Shown here: in pieces, positions 1-8,033 of the stretch
Layout of the letters: every line of letters starts with the position of its first letter
How positions within the stretch are numbered: the first letter of the stretch is position 1
Assembly: GCA_964396225.1 (NCBI GenBank)
Contig: CAYNEL010000001.1
Span: 1 to 58,929 of the forward strand
Length of the DNA stretch: 58,929 bases
DNA from: an uncultured Bdellovibrionales bacterium
GTDB taxonomy: Bacteria; Patescibacteriota; Minisyncoccia; Moranbacterales; UBA1568
Direction of reading: 5' to 3'
Translations under genes and position numbers: made by a program
The notes under the pieces: generated by a model
Told to the model about the DNA's origin: nothing
Seen by the model: the letters and a program-made list of their open reading frames with translations, nothing else
Databases searched by the model: none

Positions 1-1
1 C

Positions 2-985
2 GGCTACACGGCCGATGACAACGCCCGGGCCCTCATCGCGGCGCTCGAGGCCAAGACGATCGGTATCCCGGGAGCGGACCGGATTGCCGACCGGGCCTTC
101 GGATACCTTAAGGGCGCCTTCCGCCCGGGCCAAGGGTTCGTCAATTTTGCTTCCCGGACCGAAACCGATCGTCTCCAGTACGATGTCGCCTCGATGAGCC
201 AAGACGGGCACGGGCGTTCCATTGCCGCCCTCGGCTACGCGGCTGCCGTCCCCTCCCCGCTGCAGGCGGAGGCCGGCCGGCTGTTCCGTGGAGCCTTGCC
301 GGTGGCCGGGGAGCTGACCGAGCTGCGGGCCATCGGTTTCTCGATCCTCGGCCTGTGGCATTGGCTGACGCTCCATCCGGACGACGCGGAAGCCAAGGCC
401 GTTCTTGTACGGGCCGCCGAACAGCTCAAGACCGCCTGGCAGGAGCACGCCTCTTCCTGGTGGTCATGGTTCTCGCCGCTCCTCACCTATTCCAACGCCA
501 CCCTGCCGCACGCCCTCCTCCTTGCCGGCGAGACGCTCAGCGATGCCCGGGCCGTCGAGATCGCCCGGCACGCCACCGACTTTCTCGTGCGCCACAGTTT
601 CGTCGAGGACCATCTCGTGCCCATCGGCCAGAACGGCTGGTTCCGCAAAGGGGGCCACCGGCAGTATTTCGACCAACAGCCCGAGGAAGCCTCAGCACTC
701 ACTCTGGCGCTGGCCGCCCTCTACGAAAAGACGGGCGACCAAAAATACCAGCATCTCAGCCGGCGCTCCCTCGAGTGGTTCCTCGGACGCAACGCCATCC
801 ACCGGACCATGTACGACCGGTCGTCGGGCGGTTCCTATGACGGTCTCCGGGTGGACGGCGTCAACCTGAACCAGGGATCGGAATCCACGGTGTGCTATCT
901 TCTGGCGCGTTTCGCTTTCGACAAGGCGCTCCGTACCCGGGGCGCGGTCTTCAGCGTGCCGCCGCTTCGCGGCCGTTCTCGATAA
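2..985 (+). CDS. C-terminal part of an (alpha/alpha)6-toroid glycoside-hydrolase-like protein (5' end upstream of window)
   Basis: The frame of ORF 194..985 stays open back to base 2 (GYTADDNARALIAALEAK...), so the gene enters from upstream. The composition is helical-repeat-like. It converges on the GH130 gene and overlaps it by 35 nt. Family named from recall only. Confidence 0.55.
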   Translation, partial: GYTADDNARALIAALEAKTIGIPGADRIADRAFGYLKGAFRPGQGFVNFASRTETDRLQYDVASMSQDGHGRSIAALGYAAAVPSPLQAEAGRLFRGALPVAGELTELRAIGFSILGLWHWLTLHPDDAEAKAVLVRAAEQLKTAWQEHASSWWSWFSPLLTYSNATLPHALLLAGETLSDARAVEIARHATDFLVRHSFVEDHLVPIGQNGWFRKGGHRQYFDQQPEEASALTLALAALYEKTGDQKYQHLSRRSLEWFLGRNAIHRTMYDRSSGGSYDGLRVDGVNLNQGSESTVCYLLARFAFDKALRTRGAVFSVPPLRGRSR

Positions 986-1991
986 GCGAGCGGAGGAAGT
1001 CGTCAAGCTCGATTTTCGCAGCGGCGATGCGTTCGTCGGCCGCCCCGTAGTAGAGGTAGAGGGTGTTGTCGTAGACGGCAGTGGCGGTCGGAAAGATGGT
1101 GTGTCGCACGTCGCCGGCGATCTCGTATTCCTCGGCCGGCTCGAGGATGGGGTCTTTCAGTTTGGCTACCATCTGGAGCGGATTGTCCCTATCGAGGAGC
1201 GCCGCCCCGACGGAATAGGTGCGGTTGCGGTTAGTCTCCCGGACGCCGTGGTAGAGGATGAGCCAGCCGGCGTACGTCTCGAGGGCTGGACAGCCGCCGC
1301 CGATGTTCCGTCCCTCGAACCATTCGGTGTTTTCGATCATGACGTTCTTCTCTAGATTGGCCAGGTAGTTGCGCCAGAAGTCGTCGTCTTGGAGCTGGGC
1401 GAAGTCGTCGAAGAACACCACCTGCATTTCGGGGAGGATGCGGTGAACGAGCGCGAACTTGCCGTCGAACTTGCGCGGCATGAGAAAACCGTCTTTCTCC
1501 CAGAGGAGTGAATCCTCGCCCACGCTGTGGCGCATGAAGGAGGAGAAGAAGAAGTACGAGGATTTGAGCTTGGAGGCGTTCAGGAGCTTCTCACATTCGG
1601 TGTAGGTGAGGTTGGGGCTGATGACACCCCGCTTCTCCCACTGCTTCAGGTCCTGGCTTACAGCATAGGCCAGTCGGGCGTTTTTGCCGTCGTAGGCGAC
1701 GTAGACCATGTAGTACGTCCCGTCGATCTTGGTGATGCGGGGATCCTCCACCCCTTTCCGTTCATAGTCGTGCTCGGGGACGATGAGGGGGCGGTCGCTC
1801 CGCTCCACCACCTCGATGCCATTCTGGAGGCGGCAGTAGCCGATGGAAGACACCATGTCGTGGGAGACGGCCCGATAGAACATGTGCACGTCCTCCCCCT
1901 CCTGGTAGGTGGCGGGATTGAGGACGGCCCGATTCTCGTATTCGCGGCTGGATTTCTCGAGGACGACTCCCAGGCGTTCGACGTGAGGCAT
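951..1991 (-). CDS. GH130 family glycoside phosphorylase/hydrolase (beta-mannoside phosphorylase-like, DUF377)
   Basis: 346-aa ORF. The N-terminus ...RAVLNPATYQEGEDVHMFYRAVS... and ...KGVEDPRITKIDGTYYMVYVAYDG... match the 5-bladed beta-propeller GH130 pattern. Confidence 0.8.
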   Translation of the reverse strand: MPHVERLGVVLEKSSREYENRAVLNPATYQEGEDVHMFYRAVSHDMVSSIGYCRLQNGIEVVERSDRPLIVPEHDYERKGVEDPRITKIDGTYYMVYVAYDGKNARLAYAVSQDLKQWEKRGVISPNLTYTECEKLLNASKLKSSYFFFSSFMRHSVGEDSLLWEKDGFLMPRKFDGKFALVHRILPEMQVVFFDDFAQLQDDDFWRNYLANLEKNVMIENTEWFEGRNIGGGCPALETYAGWLILYHGVRETNRNRTYSVGAALLDRDNPLQMVAKLKDPILEPAEEYEIAGDVRHTIFPTATAVYDNTLYLYYGAADERIAAAKIELDDFLRSLIENGREAAAR

Positions 1992-2056
1992 ACGGGTGGA
2001 AAGAGGTTATGGGACGGACGGTTCCAGTATACCAAACGCCGCGCTATACTGGAGGC

Positions 2057-2665
2057 ATGCACAGGAGCATGTGGACCAACTGGGTGATTGAATTCGGGCC
2101 GTTGGCCGTGTTCTTCATTCTGCTCTACGGGTTCGACCTGGGCCGGAGCGAGCGGGCCAATTTCCTGATCGCCACAGGCATCCTCACCGTCCTCACCGTC
2201 TTTTCGATGATCGCCGCCCGGGTGCGCGAGGGGCGCCTGGCCCTCTTCCCCATCGTGGCCGGGGCCTTCATCGTCAGTTTCGGGGCGGTCTCGGTCTTCT
2301 CCGGCTCGCCGGCCGTCTTCATCGTCAAGGACACCCTCTACTACGGCCTCTTCGGGCTCCTCCTCCTTATCGGTTGCCTCCGGGGTCAGGGCTGGCTCAA
2401 GGCTTTCTTCGAGGGCCTGCTCGATATCTCGGACCGGGGATGGTATCTCCTCTCCCTACGGTGGTCTGTTTTCTTCCTGCTCCTGGCGGTTTCCAACGAG
2501 TACGTCTCGCGCCATTACCATCTCGACGTCTGGATCCACTACAAACTGGCCGCCACCATTCTCCTCAATCTCTTCGGCTGGTACCAATTCCTGCTCATCC
2601 GGCGTTACCGCAATCCGGCCGCCTCCGCCTGGGGGCTCCGTCTGGAACCCGTCCCGCCGAAGTGA
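2057..2665 (+). CDS. YciB/IspZ-like septation-associated inner membrane protein
   Basis: About 5 hydrophobic segments in a ~200-aa protein with YciB-like layout. ATG 2057 lies 6 nt after a TATACT box (2045-2050), which suggests a leaderless start. The ORF-track start at 2009 would overlap the divergent promoter region. Confidence 0.55.
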   Translation: MHRSMWTNWVIEFGPLAVFFILLYGFDLGRSERANFLIATGILTVLTVFSMIAARVREGRLALFPIVAGAFIVSFGAVSVFSGSPAVFIVKDTLYYGLFGLLLLIGCLRGQGWLKAFFEGLLDISDRGWYLLSLRWSVFFLLLAVSNEYVSRHYHLDVWIHYKLAATILLNLFGWYQFLLIRRYRNPAASAWGLRLEPVPPK

Positions 2666-2685
2666 AGCCCCTGCGGGTCTCACAA

Positions 2686-2712
2686 ATAAAAACACCCTCA
2701 TGGGTGTTTTCT
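2686..2712. terminator. Bidirectional intrinsic terminator
   Basis: Stem ACACCC (2692-2697) / GGGTGT (2702-2707), with an A-run upstream and a T-run downstream. It sits between the + strand membrane-protein gene and the 3' end of the minus-strand tRNA-Arg. Confidence 0.6.
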
Positions 2713-2788
2713 TGGTGCGCCCGGTAGGAATCGGACCTACGGCCTTGTGGACCGGAACCACACGCTCTATCCACTGAGCTACGGGCGC
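2713..2788 (-). tRNA. tRNA-Arg (anticodon CCG), CCA encoded
   Basis: The reverse complement folds as a cloverleaf: GCGCCCG-TA-GCTC-AGTGGATA-GAGC-G-TGTGG-TTCCGGT-CCACA-AGGCC-GTAGG-TCCGATT-CCTAC-CGGGCGC-A-CCA. Confidence 0.9.
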
Positions 2789-2816
2789 TGAAGAAGTGCT
2801 ACGAAAACCAATGCGG

Positions 2817-2889
2817 TGCGCTCGGCAGGAATCGAACCTGCGACCTTTTGGACCGCAACCAAACGCTCTATCCACTGAGCTACGAGCGC
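2817..2889 (-). tRNA. tRNA-Arg (anticodon GCG), no encoded CCA
   Basis: The reverse complement reads GCGCTCG-TA-GCTC-AGTGGATA-GAGC-G-TTTGG-TTGCGGT-CCAAA-AGGTC-GCAGG-TTCGATT-CCTGC-CGAGCGC-A, followed by CCG. Confidence 0.85.
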
Positions 2890-2956
2890 GTCATCAGCTG
2901 GGCTGAAAAAGAAAAAGCCTCTTCCTGAGGGGGCTTTCCGCCATGGCAAATGCCCA

Positions 2957-3490
2957 TCAACTATGGAGCAATTTCTCCAAGCTGTCAACGAGCGGCACCT
3001 CCTGTTCCTCCTCTGGCAGAAACTGGAGGAGGACCGAGCGAACCCGCTCGACGTCGTCGGCTGGGAAAGGGGCCCGCACCTGTCTCACGAGACCGCTCCC
3101 CTGCTGGAGCGACAGGACTGGCTCGTGACCGGGAAAAATCCAGAACGACTGCATCCTTTCGTAGGGGAAGAACTCGGTATTGAGATAAAGGCCCTCTCCG
3201 GTGAGGAAGCACCGGAAGGCGCGCGGCGCGGCGCGGGAAACCCGCCAGCCGATGAGGCCGATGAGGAAGAAGAGTGCGGTCGGAAGGAAGCTCCCCTGGA
3301 GCAGGCTGTAGACGCCCGAAACGACGAGGAGAAGAAGGAGGATCCAGCGGCTCCGTCTGCCGAGACGGAGGGCCGGTTCGTCGAAAGCCCAGGCGTAGAG
3401 CGAGCCCTCCGGGGCGTCGACCACCTCTCCGCCGGCGGGAGCCTGGGGTTGTTCGGCCGTGGAAGTGCGTTTGTTTTTGGGGGCCGGCAT
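2957..3490 (-). CDS. Hypothetical membrane protein (two TM helices followed by a small soluble domain)
   Basis: ORF 2957..3523, trimmed to ATG 3490 (MPAPKNKRTS...). That ATG is 12 nt downstream of a minus-strand TATACT box (3503-3508). A hydrophobic hairpin WILLLLLVVSGVYSLL...ALFFLIGLIGW is present. A terminator-like hairpin with T-run follows the stop (about 2905-2935). Confidence 0.6.
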   Translation of the reverse strand: MPAPKNKRTSTAEQPQAPAGGEVVDAPEGSLYAWAFDEPALRLGRRSRWILLLLLVVSGVYSLLQGSFLPTALFFLIGLIGWRVSRAAPRAFRCFLTGEGLYLNTEFFPYERMQSFWIFPGHEPVLSLQQGSGLVRQVRAPFPADDVERVRSVLLQFLPEEEQEVPLVDSLEKLLHS

Positions 3491-3560
3491 AGCGTTGCCA
3501 AGAGTATACCATATGGTGTACAAAGGCGGAACAACTTGCTAGCCTAAAAACGTTCTTGCT

Positions 3561-3650
3561 GGAGGCGTGTGTGAGTGGTTGAAACAGGCAGTCTTGAAAA
3601 CTGCTAGGCCGGCAACGGTCTCGAAGGTTCGAATCCTTCCGCCTCCGCCA
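3561..3650 (+). tRNA. tRNA-Ser (anticodon UGA), long variable arm, CCA encoded
   Basis: GGAGGCG...GCAGT-CTTGAAA-ACTGC-TAGGCCGGCAACGGTCTC-GAAGG-TTCGAAT-CCTTC-CGCCTCC-G-CCA. This is a 90-nt class II tRNA. Confidence 0.9.
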
Positions 3651-3655
3651 AAATT

Positions 3656-3699
3656 GAAAAGCCGGACACCTGTAAGAAGGTTGTCCGGCTTGTTTTTTT
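3656..3699. terminator. Bidirectional intrinsic terminator
   Basis: Perfect 9-bp stem AGCCGGACA (3660-3668) / TGTCCGGCT (3682-3690). It is flanked by an A-run (3656-3660) and a T-run (3691-3699). It lies between tRNA-Ser (+) and the stop of the minus-strand gene at 3698. Confidence 0.7.
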
Positions 3700-4138
3700 A
3701 TGGGTGGTTCATCGAGACACCGATGAGCTGATCGTAACAGCGTCGATACTGATAGGCGGTCTGGGCAATCCTGAGGATGCGGCCTATTGACTGGCGACGC
3801 TTGTCTTGTGGGACCGTTTCCAATATCCCCAGCAGATACTCACTTTCCCGAAGCAGCTGTTTGAACCGCTCCAGAACAGCCTTTGCTTGCTCTGAACAGT
3901 CCGCGTCCCCGCCCTGCTCGATCATGGCCAGGGCATCGCGGTTGTCCTCCATAAGCTGCTCCAACTGCTCTTCTTGGGTGGGAAACAAGAGTGATCGGAA
4001 AACGCTGAGGCCACAGGTGACGATGCCGGAGAGCGAAAAAACCAGCCACCAAGGCATCGCGGACTGTTTCGGGAAAAACGCGTACAGGATGGTGGTGGCC
4101 AGTACAGCAAAAACCAGGGAAAGGAATAAGACACGCAT
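3698..4138 (-). CDS. Hypothetical small membrane protein (2 TM helices plus a helical C-terminal domain)
   Basis: ATG 4138 (MRVLFLSLVFAVLATT...) is preceded by the strong SD GAGGAGG (complement of 4144-4150). I know of no homolog. GC is lower than in the neighbours. Confidence 0.6.
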   Translation of the reverse strand: MRVLFLSLVFAVLATTILYAFFPKQSAMPWWLVFSLSGIVTCGLSVFRSLLFPTQEEQLEQLMEDNRDALAMIEQGGDADCSEQAKAVLERFKQLLRESEYLLGILETVPQDKRRQSIGRILRIAQTAYQYRRCYDQLIGVSMNHP

Positions 4139-4180
4139 GGAAACCTCCTCGATGATGTGGACCAAAGAACTCGTATTTCA

Positions 4181-4209
4181 TCAATACAACGAAAAACAAC
4201 TCCTGTCAA
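4181..4209 (-). promoter_or_regulatory. Sigma70-type promoter for the 3698..4138 gene
   Basis: On the minus strand: TTGACA (4204-4209), a 17-nt spacer, then TATTGA (4181-4186). The -35 context TTGACAGGAGTTGT resembles the promoter at 54189-54206. Confidence 0.5.
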
Positions 4210-4221
4210 CTACTCCCCCGC

Positions 4222-5052
4222 TTAATAACGCGCGCAATAGTCGCGGAGGGCGGCCATGAGCGCGCGCGTGCGCTCCCCCGGCTCGCCGGAACCGATGGTG
4301 CGGTCGTCCACTCGAACGACCGGGACGATGTACTTGTTCGTCGCGGTGAGGAACATCTCGTCGGCGGCGAACACTTCATCGAGGGCGACGGGACGCTCCT
4401 CGGTCTTGAGTCCCGCCTCCCGCGCCAGTTCGAGGACGAGGCCGCGGGTGACGCCGCGGAGGATTGCTTCTCCCGGCATGACGAGCGTTTCGCCCAGGAT
4501 GATCCCGAAGTTACTGGTCGAAGCCTCAAGCGCCCGGTCACCCGAGACGAAGAGGACCTCCAGCGCGTCTGCCGCGACCTTGCGGGCGTTCTCGCGGATG
4601 GCGGCCACATAGTTGGTCACCTTGGCCGCCGGCCAGGAACGTGCGTAGTCGAGAGTGATGAGTTTTGCGCCGTCACGGTAATACCGATCGTCGAGGGGGG
4701 TGAAGGGCTCAATGAGGATGATGAAGGTCTCCTTGCCTTCCGGGGTGAAAGCGCTCTCGCTCTGTCCCCCAGTCAGGACGGTGCGGATGGTGGATTGCGG
4801 AAAAGCGTTTTTGGCCAGGAGGTCGGCGAGGGTTTCGCGGTAGCGCGTCGCATCGATCGGCAGCTTCAGTCCGAGCATGTCCGCCGAATTGGCGAGGCGT
4901 TCCCAGTGGCGCTCGAGAAGGAACGGTTTGCCGTTCTCGGTACGCATGACGTCGAATACCCCGTAGCCTCGGAGGAAGCCGAGATCGTAAGGGCTGATGG
5001 CGACGGTGTCGGCGGGAACGATGCGGTCTTGCCAGTAGGCGTAGCGGGCCAT
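4222..5052 (-). CDS. Class IV (fold type IV) PLP aminotransferase, branched-chain / D-amino-acid type
   Basis: 276 aa. The N-terminus ...PYDLGFLRGYGVFDVMRTENGKPFLLERHWERL... is the typical IlvE/Dat family opening. The length fits. Confidence 0.85.
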   Translation of the reverse strand: MARYAYWQDRIVPADTVAISPYDLGFLRGYGVFDVMRTENGKPFLLERHWERLANSADMLGLKLPIDATRYRETLADLLAKNAFPQSTIRTVLTGGQSESAFTPEGKETFIILIEPFTPLDDRYYRDGAKLITLDYARSWPAAKVTNYVAAIRENARKVAADALEVLFVSGDRALEASTSNFGIILGETLVMPGEAILRGVTRGLVLELAREAGLKTEERPVALDEVFAADEMFLTATNKYIVPVVRVDDRTIGSGEPGERTRALMAALRDYCARY

Positions 5053-5154
5053 GGCCGATAGTTCAAAAATTACGAAAAAGTCCCTCGGGGGCCGGGAGCT
5101 GCCCCTAGTATATCAGGCAGGCTGGCGATGGCTCAAATCAGGTCTTTCCGCTAC

Positions 5155-5183
5155 TTGACCTCCATCCAATCCTGTGTTTTAAT
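5155..5183 (+). promoter_or_regulatory. Sigma70-type promoter inside the ilvE-like/recG intergenic region
   Basis: TTGACC (5155-5160), a 17-nt spacer, then TTTAAT (5178-5183). Confidence 0.5.
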
Positions 5184-5189
5184 GGATGC

Positions 5190-5309
5190 GCCACAGGAAA
5201 TCCACACCTTTGTGCCTGTCGCCAACTTGTTTACCTACCGTTCCCCCTACGGTCCGAGCGAAGACAAGTTGCTTCCCCTCCCGGCGCCTGGCGCTGGAGG
5301 GGATTTTTT
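5190..5309 (+). ncRNA. Candidate ~120-nt structured small RNA, or an attenuator leader of recG
   Basis: Bounded by the promoter at 5155-5183 and the intrinsic terminator at 5275-5309. An internal 8-bp helix CAACTTGT/ACAAGTTG encloses the hairpin ACCGT-TCCCCCT-ACGGT. I recognised no family. Confidence 0.35.
5275..5309 (+). terminator. Intrinsic terminator
   Basis: Stem CCCCTCC (5275-5281) / GGAGGGG (5296-5302) with a GC-rich interior, followed by TTTTTT (5304-5309). The T-run exists only on the + strand. Confidence 0.65.
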
Positions 5310-5343
5310 ATGCTTCTGGCCGGCTCGACTATACTGAAGGCGT

Positions 5344-7428
5344 ATGCCTACCCTCGACACTCCCCTGAGCTCTCTACCCACCGTCCGATCGAGCGCCCTG
5401 CCGAAACTGAAACGGCTCGGTCTCACGACCGTGGGCGATCTGCTCTACCATTTTCCCACCCGCTACGAGGACTACGCGACCGCCGTGAGTATCGCGGAAG
5501 CGGTCGTTGGCGACCGGGCTACGTTCGAAGGCGAACTGGTGAGGCTCCGGAGTGGTCGGACCAGGACCAAAAAAGTGCTCCTCACCGAGGCCGTCCTCTC
5601 GGACGGCACGGGTGAGCTCCGGCTCGTATGGTTCAACCAGAAGTTCCTGGTCAACTCGCTCCGTCTCGGGGCCCGGGTACGCGTCTCGGGGACGGTGGAG
5701 GCGGATGGTCGGCGAGGGCTTCTCCTCACCTCGCCCGCCGTGGAGTCGGCAGCACGGCGGGCCACCCACACCGGCCGGATCGTGCCGGTCTATCCCGAGA
5801 CGGCCGGCCTCACATCCAAATTCCTCCGCTGGCAACTGGAAACCGTCTTCCGCCGTCTTCCTCCCTTGGACGATCCCCTGCCTTCCGACATCCTGGCCAG
5901 GCTCCATCTCCCTTCCCTTCGCGACGCGCTCCGGATGATCCACTTTCCGAAAAGCGAGACCGAAACCGTGGCCGCTCGCAAACGTTTCGCCTTCCAGGAG
6001 ATGTTCCTGGTCCAATTGAAGGCGCTTGAGACGCGCACGGATTGGAACCGCGAGCGGAGCGTGGTGCTTCCGGTATCAGAGGAGGAATTCGAGGGTTTCC
6101 GGAAGACCTTCCCCTTCCCACTCACCGGCGCCCAGACGCGCGCCGTCCGGGAGATCCTCGCCGACCTGGCCAAGGACCGGCCGATGAACCGCCTGCTCAA
6201 CGGCGATGTGGGTTCCGGCAAGACGCTTGTGGCGGCCCATGCCCTCATCGTGGCGGCCCGCGCGGGATATCAGGCGGTGCTTCTGGCGCCGACGGAGGTC
6301 CTGGCCCGCCAGCATTTCGAGACGCTCCGCGAGCTTTTCTCGGGCCAGCCGTTCGAGACGGCTCTCCTCACCCGGGAGTACCAGTGCCTCGGACGGGACG
6401 AGATGACCAAAGCCGCTCTCCAGAAGGCGGTCCAGGCCGGGATCGCGCGCGTGATCGTGGCCACCCACGCGGTGCTCCAGCAGGGCGTACGCTTCCAGAA
6501 TCTCACTCTGGTCATCGTGGACGAGCAGCACCGTTTCGGCGTGGTCCAGCGCGCCTATCTCCAGACAGAGGCCAAGCACTTGAATGACGGTCTGCCGGAC
6601 CGGACACCCCATTTCCTCACCATGACCGCCACGCCCATCCCCCGTACCCTGGCCATGGCGTTCTTCGGCAATCTCGACATCTCCCTCCTGGACGAGATGC
6701 CCCGTCATCGCAAACCCATCAAGACAGTGCTGGCCAAGAACGCGGCCGATCGCGAGAAGATCTATGGATTCGTCCGAAGCGAAATCGAAAAAGGCCGCCA
6801 AGCGTTCATCATCCTGCCGCTCGTCGAGGAATCCAAGGTGCTGACCGAGGTGAAAGCCGCCACGGAGGAGCATGCGCGCCTCGCGCGGGAGATTTTCCCC
6901 GAGCTCCGGCTCGGTCTCCTCCATGGGCGGTTGAAAGCCAAGGAAAAAGAAAAAGTGATGGCGGATTTCAAGGATCGGAAACTCGACATCTTAGTGGCCA
7001 CGGCCGTCGTGGAGGTGGGCATCGACATCCCCAACGCCAGCGTCATGCTCATCGAAGAGGCCGAGCGCTTCGGTCTCTCCCAGCTCCACCAGTTCCGCGG
7101 GCGCGTGGGTCGGGGCGAGCACCAGAGCTACTGCTTTCTCCTGCCGGGCGGAAGCTCGGACAACGAGCGTCTCCAGGCTTTGGAAAAAACCGCGAGCGGT
7201 TTCGAGCTGGCCGAAGTGGACCTGAGACTCCGAGGCCCCGGCGCTATTTTTGGCACCGCGCAGTCGGGCTTCTCCGACATCGCCCTCGAGAACCTGGCCA
7301 ACGTCCGGCTGGTCACCATCGCTCAGGAAGAGGCGGCGCGGCTCCTCGACGCCGATCCGGGACTCGGATCACATCCTCTCCTGGCCGCCGCTCTCAAACG
7401 CTTCGACGAGACCGTGCATTGGGAATAA
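5344..7428 (+). CDS. recG: ATP-dependent DNA helicase RecG
   Basis: 694 aa. The N-terminal wedge region reads ...LKRLGLTTVGDLLYHFPTRYEDY.... Walker A is GDVGSGKT and the DEQHRFG box is present. A TATACT box (5330-5335) lies 8 nt before the ATG. Confidence 0.95.
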   Translation: MPTLDTPLSSLPTVRSSALPKLKRLGLTTVGDLLYHFPTRYEDYATAVSIAEAVVGDRATFEGELVRLRSGRTRTKKVLLTEAVLSDGTGELRLVWFNQKFLVNSLRLGARVRVSGTVEADGRRGLLLTSPAVESAARRATHTGRIVPVYPETAGLTSKFLRWQLETVFRRLPPLDDPLPSDILARLHLPSLRDALRMIHFPKSETETVAARKRFAFQEMFLVQLKALETRTDWNRERSVVLPVSEEEFEGFRKTFPFPLTGAQTRAVREILADLAKDRPMNRLLNGDVGSGKTLVAAHALIVAARAGYQAVLLAPTEVLARQHFETLRELFSGQPFETALLTREYQCLGRDEMTKAALQKAVQAGIARVIVATHAVLQQGVRFQNLTLVIVDEQHRFGVVQRAYLQTEAKHLNDGLPDRTPHFLTMTATPIPRTLAMAFFGNLDISLLDEMPRHRKPIKTVLAKNAADREKIYGFVRSEIEKGRQAFIILPLVEESKVLTEVKAATEEHARLAREIFPELRLGLLHGRLKAKEKEKVMADFKDRKLDILVATAVVEVGIDIPNASVMLIEEAERFGLSQLHQFRGRVGRGEHQSYCFLLPGGSSDNERLQALEKTASGFELAEVDLRLRGPGAIFGTAQSGFSDIALENLANVRLVTIAQEEAARLLDADPGLGSHPLLAAALKRFDETVHWE

Positions 7429-7455
7429 TGAGGTCTTTCAATTCAACAGCACATC

Positions 7456-7998
7456 TCAATCTTTGGCCCGTAAAATAAACCTCCACGGCCAATCCTTGGA
7501 ATGCTTGGCGTAGTCCACGCCGATGCGGGGCGTGGCGACGACGGTCTCACTCGCGCCGATGCTTCCTCGTTCGATCCAGAGCTTTCGCGCCAGCGTCATG
7601 TCGTGGCCATTCTCCGTCCGGGTGACACGCAGGAAACGGCAGAGCTTGCCAGGGCCGTCGGTTTCCTTGGACGATACGTCTTCGACCTCCACCGCCCGGA
7701 TGAGCACGGCCGCTGGGAAATTTTTTGGACCGGTGACGATATTCAGACAGTGGTACATCCCGTAGATGAGATAGACGTAGGCGCGCCCCGCCTCGCCGTA
7801 CATGGTTTCGGTGCGCTTGGTCCGGCCGCGGCTGGCGTGGCAGGCCAGGTCGTCCTCGCCGTGGTAGCTCTCGGTCTCGACGATCCGGGCGCGGATGGTC
7901 CGGCGGCCGACACGCCGCACGAGGAAACACCCGAGGAGGTCCCGGGCGACGGTGAGGGTGTGGCGCTGGTAAAAACGGCGAGGGAGGACGGAAAGCAT
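7456..7998 (-). CDS. mpg: DNA-3-methyladenine glycosylase (Mpg/AAG family)
   Basis: 180 aa with ...VARDLLGCFLVRR...ARIVETESYHGEDDLACHASRGRTKRTETMYGEAGRAYVYLIYGMYHCLNIV..., the characteristic AAG-family core. Confidence 0.9.
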   Translation of the reverse strand: MLSVLPRRFYQRHTLTVARDLLGCFLVRRVGRRTIRARIVETESYHGEDDLACHASRGRTKRTETMYGEAGRAYVYLIYGMYHCLNIVTGPKNFPAAVLIRAVEVEDVSSKETDGPGKLCRFLRVTRTENGHDMTLARKLWIERGSIGASETVVATPRIGVDYAKHSKDWPWRFILRAKD

Positions 7999-8033
7999 AT
8001 TGCGAGGTCTTCGGATGATATACTACGCTTGCT

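Noticed and set aside
951-985. 35-nt convergent 3' overlap (and the equal-length 35-nt co-directional overlap at 26570-26604) as a meaningful signal
   Set aside because: Both are ordinary consequences of compact gene packing, and the equal length appears coincidental. No shared sequence was seen between the two overlaps.
2456-2988. 139-aa, 117-aa and 69-aa ORFs across the tRNA-Arg pair
   Set aside because: They read straight through two cloverleaf tRNAs and a terminator, so they are not credible coding sequence.
5190-5309. Possibility that the recG-upstream RNA is SRP (4.5S) RNA
   Set aside because: It shares short strings with E. coli 4.5S (UGUUUACC, GGUCCG). However, the apical loop is UCCCCCU rather than a GNRA tetraloop, and the GGAAGCAGC / AGCA loop motifs are missing.
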